Below are positions 54,001-62,247 of a stretch of DNA of 64,000 nt, in pieces. The number at the start of each line of letters is the position of its first letter. The stretch's first letter is position 1. The DNA comes from Verrucomicrobiales bacterium. GTDB lineage: Bacteria; Verrucomicrobiota; Verrucomicrobiia; Limisphaerales; UBA11320. Where the stretch lies: contig JAEUHE010000236.1 of the NCBI GenBank assembly GCA_016793885.1, positions 15,876 to 79,875 on the forward strand, written 5' to 3'. The position numbers were made by a program, and so were the translations under genes. The notes beneath the pieces are model-generated. The model was not told the origin of the DNA. It searched no databases and saw only the letters and a list, made by a program, of their open reading frames with translations.

Positions 54001-55318
54001 GGCCGCGTCGGGGGTAGGTGGGGTGCTCATCGATCTCGGACCTTTCAAGGGAGACGGTTTCGGGACTTCGGGGCGGTTGTTGGGAGAAGTCACCCTCACG
54101 GCCGAGCAGAAGGCCTTTATCCTGGGCAATCGTACCTATGTGAACATTCACACGGTGAACCATCCGGCAGGCGAACTGCGCGGGCAGGCGATCAACGCCG
54201 CCCTGAAAGTATCGCTCACCGGAGCCGCGGAGCGCCCGAACCCCTTGTCGACCCCGGCCGGTGGTTTCGGATTGTTCACCCTCGTGGGCAAGACATTGGC
54301 GTTTAACATCAATTACCACGGGCTGTCAGGTAGCGCGGTTGCGGCGCACATCCATGGCCTGGCGACCGATGCGGCCACCGCGCCTCCGCTCATCGATCTT
54401 GGGCGTTACGCCCTCGGCGGTTTTGGGGACCATGGTGCCCTGGTGGGAACGGTGGAACTCGATTCCCGCCAGCTGGCGGCTCTCGCCGATGGATTGGCCT
54501 ATGTGAATATCCACACGCCGGCGCATCCAGGAGGGGAGATTCGGGGGCAGATCAGCGGCAACACCACCGCCATTCCGTTCAGCGCGGACCTGAGTGGAGC
54601 AGCGGAGCGTCCTGCTTCGGTGGATTCCTTGGCGACGGGATTTGTCAGCGCCGGGCTTACGGATCATCACTTCCGATTCCACATTTCCTACCGGGGGCTC
54701 TCCGGACCGGTCACGGCGGCTCATATTCATGGGCCTGCTTCGACCACTGGAACGGGCGATGTTCTGTTGAACCTGACGCCATTTGCAAAAGGGACTCTCG
54801 GTGCTCACGGTGAGTTTTCCGGAAGCATCGAGCTTTCCGCCGAGTGGCGCTCGCATCTGGTCAATGGCGATGTCTACGTCAACTTGCACACGGCGCAGAA
54901 TCCCGGCGGTGAAATCCGAGGGCAGATCGCGCCGGTGCTGCTCGACTGTGTCATGACGGGGGCGAACGAGCGTCCGAATCCGGTGGTGGGCGATGCTCTA
55001 GGTACGGCCCGCCTCTCGCTCTTGGGTCGAACGTTGACCTTCCAGATTGATTACGCGGGGCTGTCAGGTCCAGCTACCGCCGCTCACTTGCATGGTCCGG
55101 CGGGTGTGGAAGAGACAGCATCCCCGTTGATCGATCTCAAGCCCTACGCCTTAGGCGGACTGGGTGCTTCGGGATTTTTCCTCGGAGCGGTGGAAACTCA
55201 ACTCAGTGCCTGGGGGGCTGTGATTGATGGGCTCAGCTACCTGAACATCCACACTGCGGCTCATGCTCCAGGCGAGATTCGTGGCCAGGTGCGTCCCGTG
55301 ATCGATCCCTCGCGTTAA
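51089..55318 (+). CDS. secreted fusion protein: YVTN-type beta-propeller + di-haem cytochrome c peroxidase-like domain + 4 CHRD domains
   Basis: 1409 aa. Propeller repeats: NSVSVIRPDSNEILTEISVGKEPHSLAITPDKRWVYVANAADNSVSVI, DTVTVINAETRTVIGHV, KNVSVVDLATDQVIKVI. CxxCH motifs: CASCH at 52601-52615 and CVTCH at 53096-53110 (codons checked). Four CHRD units run from ~53800 to 55318, each with AAH[IL]HG[PL]A ... Y[VL]N[IL]HT...GE[IL]RGQ. Confidence 0.85.
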   Translation: MNTPSRPGLFSRAPGAERFARFLNSTLLLSLLAGPVEKSFGYSSPIVLSTDDRLVWAVNPHDNSVSVIRPDSNEILTEISVGKEPHSLAITPDKRWVYVANAADNSVSVIRIDFGGWAGFAASVDTSVGVNGRLLTGAEPCAVTCSPDGKRVFVANGQQDTVTVINAETRTVIGHVDLRNSVANDPDRRRLFQPAGLAVTSDSKKLYVTRFISFTKPGGRQGDDQGKEGLVAVLDIDTSSTSLSGYRVSRAIALAPQLTGFSVPGVTNATEAATFAFPNQLNSIVIRGDHAYLPNVAASPSGPLRFNLDTHAFVNVIGGVNSAAPSDLGALNLHLGARDPEAGKRRLFFANPWAMAFTSQSGAGSAYVVSAASDLLVKLNVAADGSLSFTQDGNTTRYIDLNDPDDAQTSGRNAGKNPQGIVITRDGSRAYVHNAISKNVSVVDLATDQVIKVIPLKPLPPPGTLAEQVLVGAEMFFSSRGNFDAVPGATVSLRDRLSSEGWQGCASCHPRGLTDGVVWQFGAGPRKSVQMNATFNPHFPDRQRVLNYSGIFDEVEDFEINIRNVSGPGNLPNTTPPQLNPNQGLLIGDDGDVNKTPGALNGFAKANGERPQLTVTLPGSNVKQPALTALREWVRHAIRTPNAPLPGFGGAGVDAAVLSEGRRLFELVGCVTCHGGSHWTTSLKDFNSPPAASEIFTERTPAPTSGNPIGTQYLNRFLRDVASFNLGVPGGGNEFGKNIGAVEQAAPTVANGVIAPGQDALGKDYNGDGAGVGYNVPSLLGIVAMQPYNHNGAAESIEEILLDPRHWQQGGGDPSLLASPRARAVLAAFVESIDAKTPVFQIPGEPLVISDATRSAEGFRVDWTGGFGPYALEKKQEIEEAEFTTVAVTSERTANDLFSGRSAFYRVFDLAHAPTVWLNVAMSGDAEQPNSVDTAGVGYGYLRVKGDRLSFTITYAGLSSPAVAAHIHGPAAASGVGGVLIDLGPFKGDGFGTSGRLLGEVTLTAEQKAFILGNRTYVNIHTVNHPAGELRGQAINAALKVSLTGAAERPNPLSTPAGGFGLFTLVGKTLAFNINYHGLSGSAVAAHIHGLATDAATAPPLIDLGRYALGGFGDHGALVGTVELDSRQLAALADGLAYVNIHTPAHPGGEIRGQISGNTTAIPFSADLSGAAERPASVDSLATGFVSAGLTDHHFRFHISYRGLSGPVTAAHIHGPASTTGTGDVLLNLTPFAKGTLGAHGEFSGSIELSAEWRSHLVNGDVYVNLHTAQNPGGEIRGQIAPVLLDCVMTGANERPNPVVGDALGTARLSLLGRTLTFQIDYAGLSGPATAAHLHGPAGVEETASPLIDLKPYALGGLGASGFFLGAVETQLSAWGAVIDGLSYLNIHTAAHAPGEIRGQVRPVIDPSR

Positions 55319-55444
55319 TCGGCGCGCTTCACCAGCGGGAAACACAGAGGCAGCCTGGCTCACGCCGGGCTGCCTTTCCTTTTGTGGGGTCTTCTAGTTT
55401 GCATTGCCGTGGCCTTCACGGGCTCGACGCCACCACGATTGGAA

Positions 55445-55786
55445 GGTAGGAAGAGACTCCGTCGAGCCCATGAATGCCCCAGGCTCAGGATAGCAAAGAA
55501 GGCAACTCGCCAAGGGCCACCGGTCGATCGTCACTACCTCGGTTCGCGAGAACGCAGCCCTTCCCCGTTCGAGGACCTGGGGCCCATCAGGGCTCGACGG
55601 AGTCTCTCCCTACCGCCGTGACGATAGGGGGTAGGGCGAGACTCCGCTCGAGCCCATGAATGCCTCGGGCTCAGGATAAGAAAGAAGGCAACTCCGCAAG
55701 GGCCACCGGGCGGTCGCCACTAGCTCGGTTCTCGACGACGCAGCCCTTCCCCGTTCGAGGACCTTGGGCCCATCAGGGCTCGACGG
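55445..55786. repeat. family-A element, two tandem copies (55445..55614 complete, 170 bp; 55630..55786 with a truncated right end)
   Basis: Copy 1 runs GGTAGGAAGAGACTCCGTCGAGCCC ... GGGCTCGACGGAGTCTCTCCCTACC, i.e. ~25-bp terminal inverted repeats. After a 15-nt spacer, copy 2 runs GGTAGGGCGAGACTCCGCTCGAGCCC ... GGGCTCGACGG. The interiors align by eye. Confidence 0.8.
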
Positions 55787-55947
55787 AAAACGGAACTATA
55801 AACTTATTCGGATCGATCCTCGATCTAGTCCCTCCCTATCTTTGCTCCGTGCCTCCTACAGAACCATAAGCCTCATCGTTCCCATGACTGTTGTGTGCTT
55901 GTCGTCTTGAGATTGTCACATTAGGGTGCTCCTTGTTGTATTGCATC

Positions 55948-58900
55948 ATGAAGATTTGCGTTCGTTTCTCCTGCTGGACTTGGTTTGCCCTCCTGTGCTT
56001 CTTGGCTCCTCATCCGGGAAATGCCGCCCTCCCCGAATACGACGCCACGATAGCAGCCGATTCTCAGTCCGGCATCAAGCCCTTGGCTACCCTGCTGGTT
56101 CCGGCTGTTTTCTACGATACCAACCGCCAAGCCTTCAACTTTGGGAACTCATCGGGAGATGTCACCATGGAGTTCATTGTGGAAGGTGATCCCATTGCGG
56201 GGGGAGGGAACGGATATCTCGCGGTCGGTTCCACCTCCGGCAGCAGCTTGCGCTATGAGCAGTGGAACAACACGGGGCAGGTGGGCTTTACCCAGAGCGG
56301 CGTGTCGGACTATGTTTTTTCGCCGGCGGTGCCGTCGCCGACGGAGCCTGCCCACCTGGCCTTCGTCTGGACCTCGACGAATCGCACGATGCGCCTCTTC
56401 GTTAACGGCACCCTGGCCGGGACACGGACCGGGGTTGCCACCACTTTTGCCATGCCTCGCGGGCTTGGGACCTTGGGGAACAGCGCTGCCGGCACAGAAG
56501 GGATGGTCGGTACCATTCATCGGGTGACGGTCTACGATGATGCTCTGCCGGCGGCCGCGATCCTACGGCATGCCGACGCGTTCACCGGGACCCGTCGACC
56601 CCCGCTCCTCCTCGAGTTTACCGCTGTCCCGTCCGTCCTGTTCTCCCCGGCGGGCACCTTGTTGAGCTGGCGAACCCAAGATGCGGATGGTGTTCGTCTC
56701 GACGGCTCCGACGTGACGGGATTGACCCAAATCACTCTCAACCCCGAGTCCACCCATCTCTACGAGTTGGTGGCGGAGAACCAGGGAGGGAGTGTCACGG
56801 GGAGGGTGCTGGTGACGGTGAATCCCGCGCCGTTGGTGCGACGTTTTGGACCGGACAAGGAGTTCGTTGGCCCCGGGGAGCCTTTTCGGCTGAGCTGGGA
56901 GACGGACTATGCCACCGAATTGGTCATCAGTCCTATGGTAGGCGATGTGACTTCCCGGACGATTGACGGGAAGGGGTCGGTCGAACTCTCGGTTTTGGCG
57001 AACTCGACCTTCACGTTCACGGCTCGCAATGCATTCGGCCAGAGCCAGGCGGAAGCGACCGTCAGCCTGCTGAATCCGGCCAGTCATCTCGTGATTTCTG
57101 AGTTTCTCGCCGACAACCAAACTACCCTCGCCGACGAGGAGGGGCAGTTCTCGGATTGGATTGAAATCTACAACCCGACCCCGTCGCCCATTCGCCTGCT
57201 CGGATACTCCCTCACCGACGATCCGAAGGATTTGACCCAATGGAAGTTCCCCGACATCACCCTGGCTCCTCGGGAGTTCCTGTTGATTTTCGCCTCAGGA
57301 AAAAACCGCGTGGCCGCTGGAGCACCCCTTCATACCGGGTTTCAGCTCAGCCAAGGTGGTGACTATCTGGCATTGGTTGGTCCCGGGCCGATTGTGCTGC
57401 AGGAGTTTTCTCCGGGCTATCCCGTTCAGTCGACGGACATTTCCTATGGCCTTTTGGCCGGTGATCTTTCGACCCTGCGTTTTTTGGGCGAGCCTACGCC
57501 TGGGCTACCCAATCGCAACATTCAGCCGCCACCGGGCTCCGTGGTGTTTTCCCGCAGCAGCGGAACGATTACGAACGCTTTCGATCTGAGTCTTTCCAGC
57601 GCCACTCCGGGAGCGGAGATCCGATACACCTTCGACGGTTCCACCCCGGGACCTACGAACGGCCTGATCTACACCACCCCATTGCGAATCGAGCAAACGC
57701 GACGTATTCGCGCCGTGGCTCTGGCGAGCGGAAAAGCGAGCCCGGTTACCGGTGGTAGCTACATCAAGCTCGCTGCCGATCTGCTCAACTACCGTTCCAC
57801 CCTCCCCATTCTGTTGATCGAGAATTTCGGAGCCGGGGTCATTCCTCAGAAGGGCTGGAGCGGCAATGGGTCGGGAATCAAGCAAGTGCCACGTCAAGCG
57901 GCTGTGTGGGCCACCTTCGATCGTCAAGGCCAGCAGCAGACCAGTTCTCTGACCCAGGAGGCAGACATGTTTAGTCGCATTGGAATTCGGGGACGCGGGG
58001 CGTTCTCCTCGACCTGGCGGCAGAAGCCTTACAGTGTTGAAGCGGAGAGTGAGACGGGCGAGGAGGCCGACGTCTCCCCGCTGGGAATGCCGGAACACTC
58101 CGAGTGGATCCTTTACTATCCGGACGCCGAGGACTCCAAGGATCCCACCATGCTTTTCAACACCTTCGCGTATGAGCTGAGCCGCCGTACCGGACGTTAC
58201 TCCGTGCGCTTTCGCTGGGTGGAAGCGTTTGTGAACGAGGATGGCGGGGATCTTAAGCTGGCCGATCGGCGGGGGGTGTATGCGATTCTGGAAAAAGTTT
58301 CCCGCGGCCAGGATCGGCTGGATTTCGATCGTCTGGCTCCCGATGGGTCAACCGGGGGATGGCTGCTCAATATCAATCGCATGGATCCCGAGCCTGACAC
58401 CGGGTGGCCGGCGCCTAACGGGGCGCGGCAGCCTTATTTCTTCCATACGGCCGGACCGAATCGCCGAGCCGAGTCCCGCCCCAACGACCAGGTCGCGGGC
58501 GATGACCTGCCGCAGCAAAGCAATGGCTATCTCAACTTCGATAATCCCAACGGCTACGTCATCAATCCCCAGCAGCGGGCCGCGATCGAGGGTTGGTTTA
58601 AGCGGTTTGAGGACGTGTTCTACAACAGTGCCCTGTGGCGCGACCCGACGAATGGATATCGGCGCCATCTGGATACCTTGGACTTCGCCGATTATTTCAT
58701 CCTAAACACTCTGACTCACAATGGAGATGGCCTCCTGATCAGCATGTTTCCCTGGAAAGGGCGGGACGAGAAGCTGCGGATGGGGCCGGCGTGGGATTAC
58801 AACTGGAGCCCCTACTATATTGGATCGCCCTCCCCGACGGGAGATCTGCTCTGGCGCTCTGAGCAGATTTGGTACGCCCGGCTGTTCACGGACCCTGATT

Positions 58901-61900
58901 TCGTGCAGGAGTATATGGACCGTTGGTGGAACCTGCGACGTGGGCCGCTCAGCGATGCGGGAATGGATGCGGTCATCGATGAACAGGCCGCCGAGATTTC
59001 CCCGGCTAAAGCCCTGCTGAATGGCGTCCCCAGTGCGACGGAGTGGACCACCCGGCTCAACACCATGAAGAATTGGTTGAAAGCCAGGGCGGCTTGGATC
59101 GACGGCAGCTACGTGCGGCCACCCTTCTACAACCAGCCCGGCGGCGAGATTCCCAATGGATTTCAGCTCGTGATGGGCGGAACCAACGGAACCGTTTACT
59201 TTACCTTGGACGGATCTGACCCTCGGCTGCTCGGCGGCGCGGTGAACCCTTCGGCCCAGGCCTTTCTGACACCGGTCGTTCTCAATGCCGAGACCGAGGT
59301 GAAAGCTCGACTGAAGCGTGGCAATGTCTGGAGCGGCCTGACCACGGCGGTCTTTACACCGGCGCAGGATTTCTCGGGTCTGTTCTTCAGCGAGATCATG
59401 TACAACCCGCTGAACTTCGGCGCGATTTCCGGGGATGATCTGGAGTTTGTTGAATTGCAGAATGGCGGGCTCCGATCCCTTCGACTGGGAACTCTAACCT
59501 TTACGGAAGGCATTCAGTTCACCTTTGCTCCGGGGACCGAGCTGGCTCCCGGGGCTCGGCTCCTGCTGGCCCGCAATCGGACGGCCTTGCAGACTCGGTA
59601 TCCGGGCATTGTCGTCCAGGGAGAATACACCGGCCGGCTGGACAACAACGGAGAACGTCTGACCTTGTCCACGGCCCTGGGAGGACAGGTGCTAAGCATT
59701 GAGTACAATGATCGCGCACCCTGGCCTATCAGCCCGGACGGCTACGGCTTTTCCCTGGTTCCGATCGCGGAGGTTCGGATTTCGGAGTTAACTCAAGGCA
59801 CCCGATGGCGTGCCAGCTCGGCTCGAGGTGGTTCACCCGGTCAGCCCGATCCCGAACCCGTGGGTTCGGGGCGAGGCGTGGTCGTCAACGAGGTCGTGTC
59901 GCACACGCTCAGGCCCGATGTCGACCAAATCGAAATCTACAATCCCGGAGCCACCGCGGTCGACTTGGTCGGATGGTATTTAAGCGACGACGGCGCTCTG
60001 CCGCGGAAGTATCGGTTTCCGGTCGGCTCGGTGATTCCCGCTCAGGGTTACCTGGTGTTGGACGAGTCCGACTTTAACTCGCTCCCGGGGGGCGCAGGTT
60101 CGTTCGCTCTTTCGGCTGAGGGGGACGATCTTTATCTGACGGCGGCCGACGCCCAGGGTAATTTTACCGGCTATGGGCACGGCGTTTCCTTTGGCCCGTC
60201 AGAGACAAAAACCAGTCTGGGTCGTTACGTCAACAGTATCGGTCAGGAATCCATGGTCCGGTTGACGTCCCTCACTCTCGGAAGCACGAACTCGCCTCCC
60301 GCAGTGGGGCCGGTGGTGATTCAAGAGATCCACTACCATCCGGAAGGCGACCAGCCGGCTTTCGTGGAGCTGAAAAGCATCGCGAATACCGAGGTTCCTT
60401 TTTTTGACGCAGCTTCACCAACCAACACCTGGCGCCTGGCCGGATTCGGGTTCCAGTTTCCCACGGGCTTCACTTTAGGGGCAGGGCGTTTGGTCGTGGT
60501 GGTTGCCACGAACGCGGAGGGATTTCGAATTCGCCATGGAATTCCTTCGGACGTAGCCGTTTTGGCAGGAGCAACGGGCAGCCTGCAGAACAGCGGAGAG
60601 CGGCTTGAACTGCAGCGTCCTGGTTACACGGATGGGACCAATGGCACCGTGTTCGTCTCGGTCGATGCGGTGAGGTATGACGACCGGGCTCCATGGCCCT
60701 CGGCGGCCGATGGGGGGGGAGCCTCGCTCCAACGTCGCGTCGCGTCGCAGTTTGCCGACGATCCCTCCAACTGGCTCGCAGCGCTTCCAACACCGGGTCA
60801 AGACCTAGGCCTCGGGGAAGCCCCGAGCCTCGTCCGTCAGCCGGTGAGTCAATCCGTGGTCGCCTACTTGGATGTGAGTTTTTCGGTCGAGGCCACCGGC
60901 ACTGGCCCCTTGTTCTACCAGTGGACCTTCAATGGGGCACCGTTGTTGGGGGAAACCAACTCCAGCTTGCAGCTGAAGGAAGTGCCTCCGGAGGCGGCTG
61001 GATACTACCATGCCATCGTCTACAGCGCCTTGGGCTCGGTAGTCAGCGAGGCCGCCCAGCTGATCACGATTAGGCCCGCTTCCATCGTGCAGCAGCCGCT
61101 GAGTCGGGCGACCAATGTGGGCAGTCGCGTGTCGTTCTCCGTAACAGCGATTGGCATTGGTACCCTACGTTACCAATGGTCTTTCAACGGGGGAGCGATC
61201 AACCAGGCAACCAATTCGATCTTGTCCCTAACCAATGTTCAGCCGGCGGATGCCGGACCATACCAGGTCACAGTTACCGACGACATTGGATCCATGCGCA
61301 GCCAGTCGGCTTTCTTGGTGGTCAATGTTCGGCCGACGATTGTTCAGTCGCCCCTCCCGGTGACGGCGGTAGCTGGGGAGCCGGTGAGCTTCCGGGTGGT
61401 TTTGAGCGGGACTGCTCCATTCACCGTGCGATGGCGTCGCGGGACAACCACACTGACCAATGTCATCGTGAACGGCTTCGAATCGACCTTCTTGATTCCA
61501 TCGGTGCAGACGGCTCAGGCCGGAAGCTACAACGCGCTGGTCGGGAATGCGGCCGCGGCCAATGTGGCTTCCGCGGGCGCGTTGCTCACCGTGTTGGCGG
61601 ACGCCGACCGCGATGGCCTCCCGGATGTCTATGAAGGTCAAACGCCGGGATTCTCGTCCAGCGTTCCCGAAGATGCGGGGAAAGATTTCGATGGGGATGG
61701 CTTCAACAACTTGAACGAATATCGGGCGGGAACCGATCCCAACGATCCGGCTAGCTTGCTCAAGATCACGGACGTCGTTCCTCAGGAGTCGGGGTTGGCT
61801 CTTCGGTTTGCGGTGGTGGCGGGGCGGACTTACTCCGTGGACACTATCGATCAGCTGGTGGGTGGATCCTGGCTGACGCTGACGAACTTGCCGGCCTCGG

Positions 61901-61977
61901 CGAGTGCCGGGGTCATCGAGGTCCTGGATACGGCGGCCCGGCCTGGGGAGCGATTCTACCGGGTTCGGACGCCATAG
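55948..61977 (+). CDS. giant secreted surface protein: LamG-like domain, LTD, CHB_HEX_C-like domain, CotH kinase-like core, 3 LTD, 4 Ig I-set repeats, TSP3-like Ca-binding repeats
   Basis: Track ORF 55891..61977. ATG 55948 (checked) gives MKICVRFSCWTWFALLCFLAPHPGNAA. A LamG-like block is present (AHLAFVWTSTNRTMRLFVNGTLAG). LTD signatures lie near 57090, 59385, 59880 and 60315. The CotH-like core is at ~57800-59100 (KPYSVEAE ..., GPAWDYNWSPY). Four Ig-like repeats lie at ~60830-61590 (e.g. LRYQWSFNGGAI...ADAGPYQVTV). DADRDGLPDVYE...DFDGDGFNNLNEYRAGTDPNDP follows. The tail ends ERFYRVRTP. Confidence 0.85.
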   Translation: MKICVRFSCWTWFALLCFLAPHPGNAALPEYDATIAADSQSGIKPLATLLVPAVFYDTNRQAFNFGNSSGDVTMEFIVEGDPIAGGGNGYLAVGSTSGSSLRYEQWNNTGQVGFTQSGVSDYVFSPAVPSPTEPAHLAFVWTSTNRTMRLFVNGTLAGTRTGVATTFAMPRGLGTLGNSAAGTEGMVGTIHRVTVYDDALPAAAILRHADAFTGTRRPPLLLEFTAVPSVLFSPAGTLLSWRTQDADGVRLDGSDVTGLTQITLNPESTHLYELVAENQGGSVTGRVLVTVNPAPLVRRFGPDKEFVGPGEPFRLSWETDYATELVISPMVGDVTSRTIDGKGSVELSVLANSTFTFTARNAFGQSQAEATVSLLNPASHLVISEFLADNQTTLADEEGQFSDWIEIYNPTPSPIRLLGYSLTDDPKDLTQWKFPDITLAPREFLLIFASGKNRVAAGAPLHTGFQLSQGGDYLALVGPGPIVLQEFSPGYPVQSTDISYGLLAGDLSTLRFLGEPTPGLPNRNIQPPPGSVVFSRSSGTITNAFDLSLSSATPGAEIRYTFDGSTPGPTNGLIYTTPLRIEQTRRIRAVALASGKASPVTGGSYIKLAADLLNYRSTLPILLIENFGAGVIPQKGWSGNGSGIKQVPRQAAVWATFDRQGQQQTSSLTQEADMFSRIGIRGRGAFSSTWRQKPYSVEAESETGEEADVSPLGMPEHSEWILYYPDAEDSKDPTMLFNTFAYELSRRTGRYSVRFRWVEAFVNEDGGDLKLADRRGVYAILEKVSRGQDRLDFDRLAPDGSTGGWLLNINRMDPEPDTGWPAPNGARQPYFFHTAGPNRRAESRPNDQVAGDDLPQQSNGYLNFDNPNGYVINPQQRAAIEGWFKRFEDVFYNSALWRDPTNGYRRHLDTLDFADYFILNTLTHNGDGLLISMFPWKGRDEKLRMGPAWDYNWSPYYIGSPSPTGDLLWRSEQIWYARLFTDPDFVQEYMDRWWNLRRGPLSDAGMDAVIDEQAAEISPAKALLNGVPSATEWTTRLNTMKNWLKARAAWIDGSYVRPPFYNQPGGEIPNGFQLVMGGTNGTVYFTLDGSDPRLLGGAVNPSAQAFLTPVVLNAETEVKARLKRGNVWSGLTTAVFTPAQDFSGLFFSEIMYNPLNFGAISGDDLEFVELQNGGLRSLRLGTLTFTEGIQFTFAPGTELAPGARLLLARNRTALQTRYPGIVVQGEYTGRLDNNGERLTLSTALGGQVLSIEYNDRAPWPISPDGYGFSLVPIAEVRISELTQGTRWRASSARGGSPGQPDPEPVGSGRGVVVNEVVSHTLRPDVDQIEIYNPGATAVDLVGWYLSDDGALPRKYRFPVGSVIPAQGYLVLDESDFNSLPGGAGSFALSAEGDDLYLTAADAQGNFTGYGHGVSFGPSETKTSLGRYVNSIGQESMVRLTSLTLGSTNSPPAVGPVVIQEIHYHPEGDQPAFVELKSIANTEVPFFDAASPTNTWRLAGFGFQFPTGFTLGAGRLVVVVATNAEGFRIRHGIPSDVAVLAGATGSLQNSGERLELQRPGYTDGTNGTVFVSVDAVRYDDRAPWPSAADGGGASLQRRVASQFADDPSNWLAALPTPGQDLGLGEAPSLVRQPVSQSVVAYLDVSFSVEATGTGPLFYQWTFNGAPLLGETNSSLQLKEVPPEAAGYYHAIVYSALGSVVSEAAQLITIRPASIVQQPLSRATNVGSRVSFSVTAIGIGTLRYQWSFNGGAINQATNSILSLTNVQPADAGPYQVTVTDDIGSMRSQSAFLVVNVRPTIVQSPLPVTAVAGEPVSFRVVLSGTAPFTVRWRRGTTTLTNVIVNGFESTFLIPSVQTAQAGSYNALVGNAAAANVASAGALLTVLADADRDGLPDVYEGQTPGFSSSVPEDAGKDFDGDGFNNLNEYRAGTDPNDPASLLKITDVVPQESGLALRFAVVAGRTYSVDTIDQLVGGSWLTLTNLPASASAGVIEVLDTAARPGERFYRVRTP

Positions 61978-62025
61978 AGGTGCATCGAGGGCTATGCGCT
62001 CTCGATGCGGGGGATCCCCCCTCCG

Positions 62026-62124
62026 GGGGGCGGAAAAGCTGTAGAGGGCTACAGCACTCCATAACGTCAAGCGCCTCGCGAAGCGTCTTGGAGTGCTGTA
62101 GCCCTCTACAGCTTTTCCGCCCCC
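62026..62124. repeat. perfect 36-bp inverted repeat with a 27-nt loop
   Basis: GGGGGCGGAAAAGCTGTAGAGGGCTACAGCACTCCA (62026-62061) is the exact reverse complement of 62089-62124 (checked base by base for the inner 34 nt, plus 2 extra G-C pairs). A smaller 8-bp hairpin, GCATCGAG-N11-CTCGATGC, lies at 61982-62008, just after the stop of the upstream gene. Confidence 0.85.
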
Positions 62125-62247
62125 GACGGAGTCGGGAATTTCTGCGGGTGTGGAAACACCTTCACTCCGAATCAATCACGCCCCCAAAAGCGTCACCAAC
62201 ACTTCTCCCTTGAGTTCCCGCCTGAAGGTGCTTGCATCGGGTTCGCA

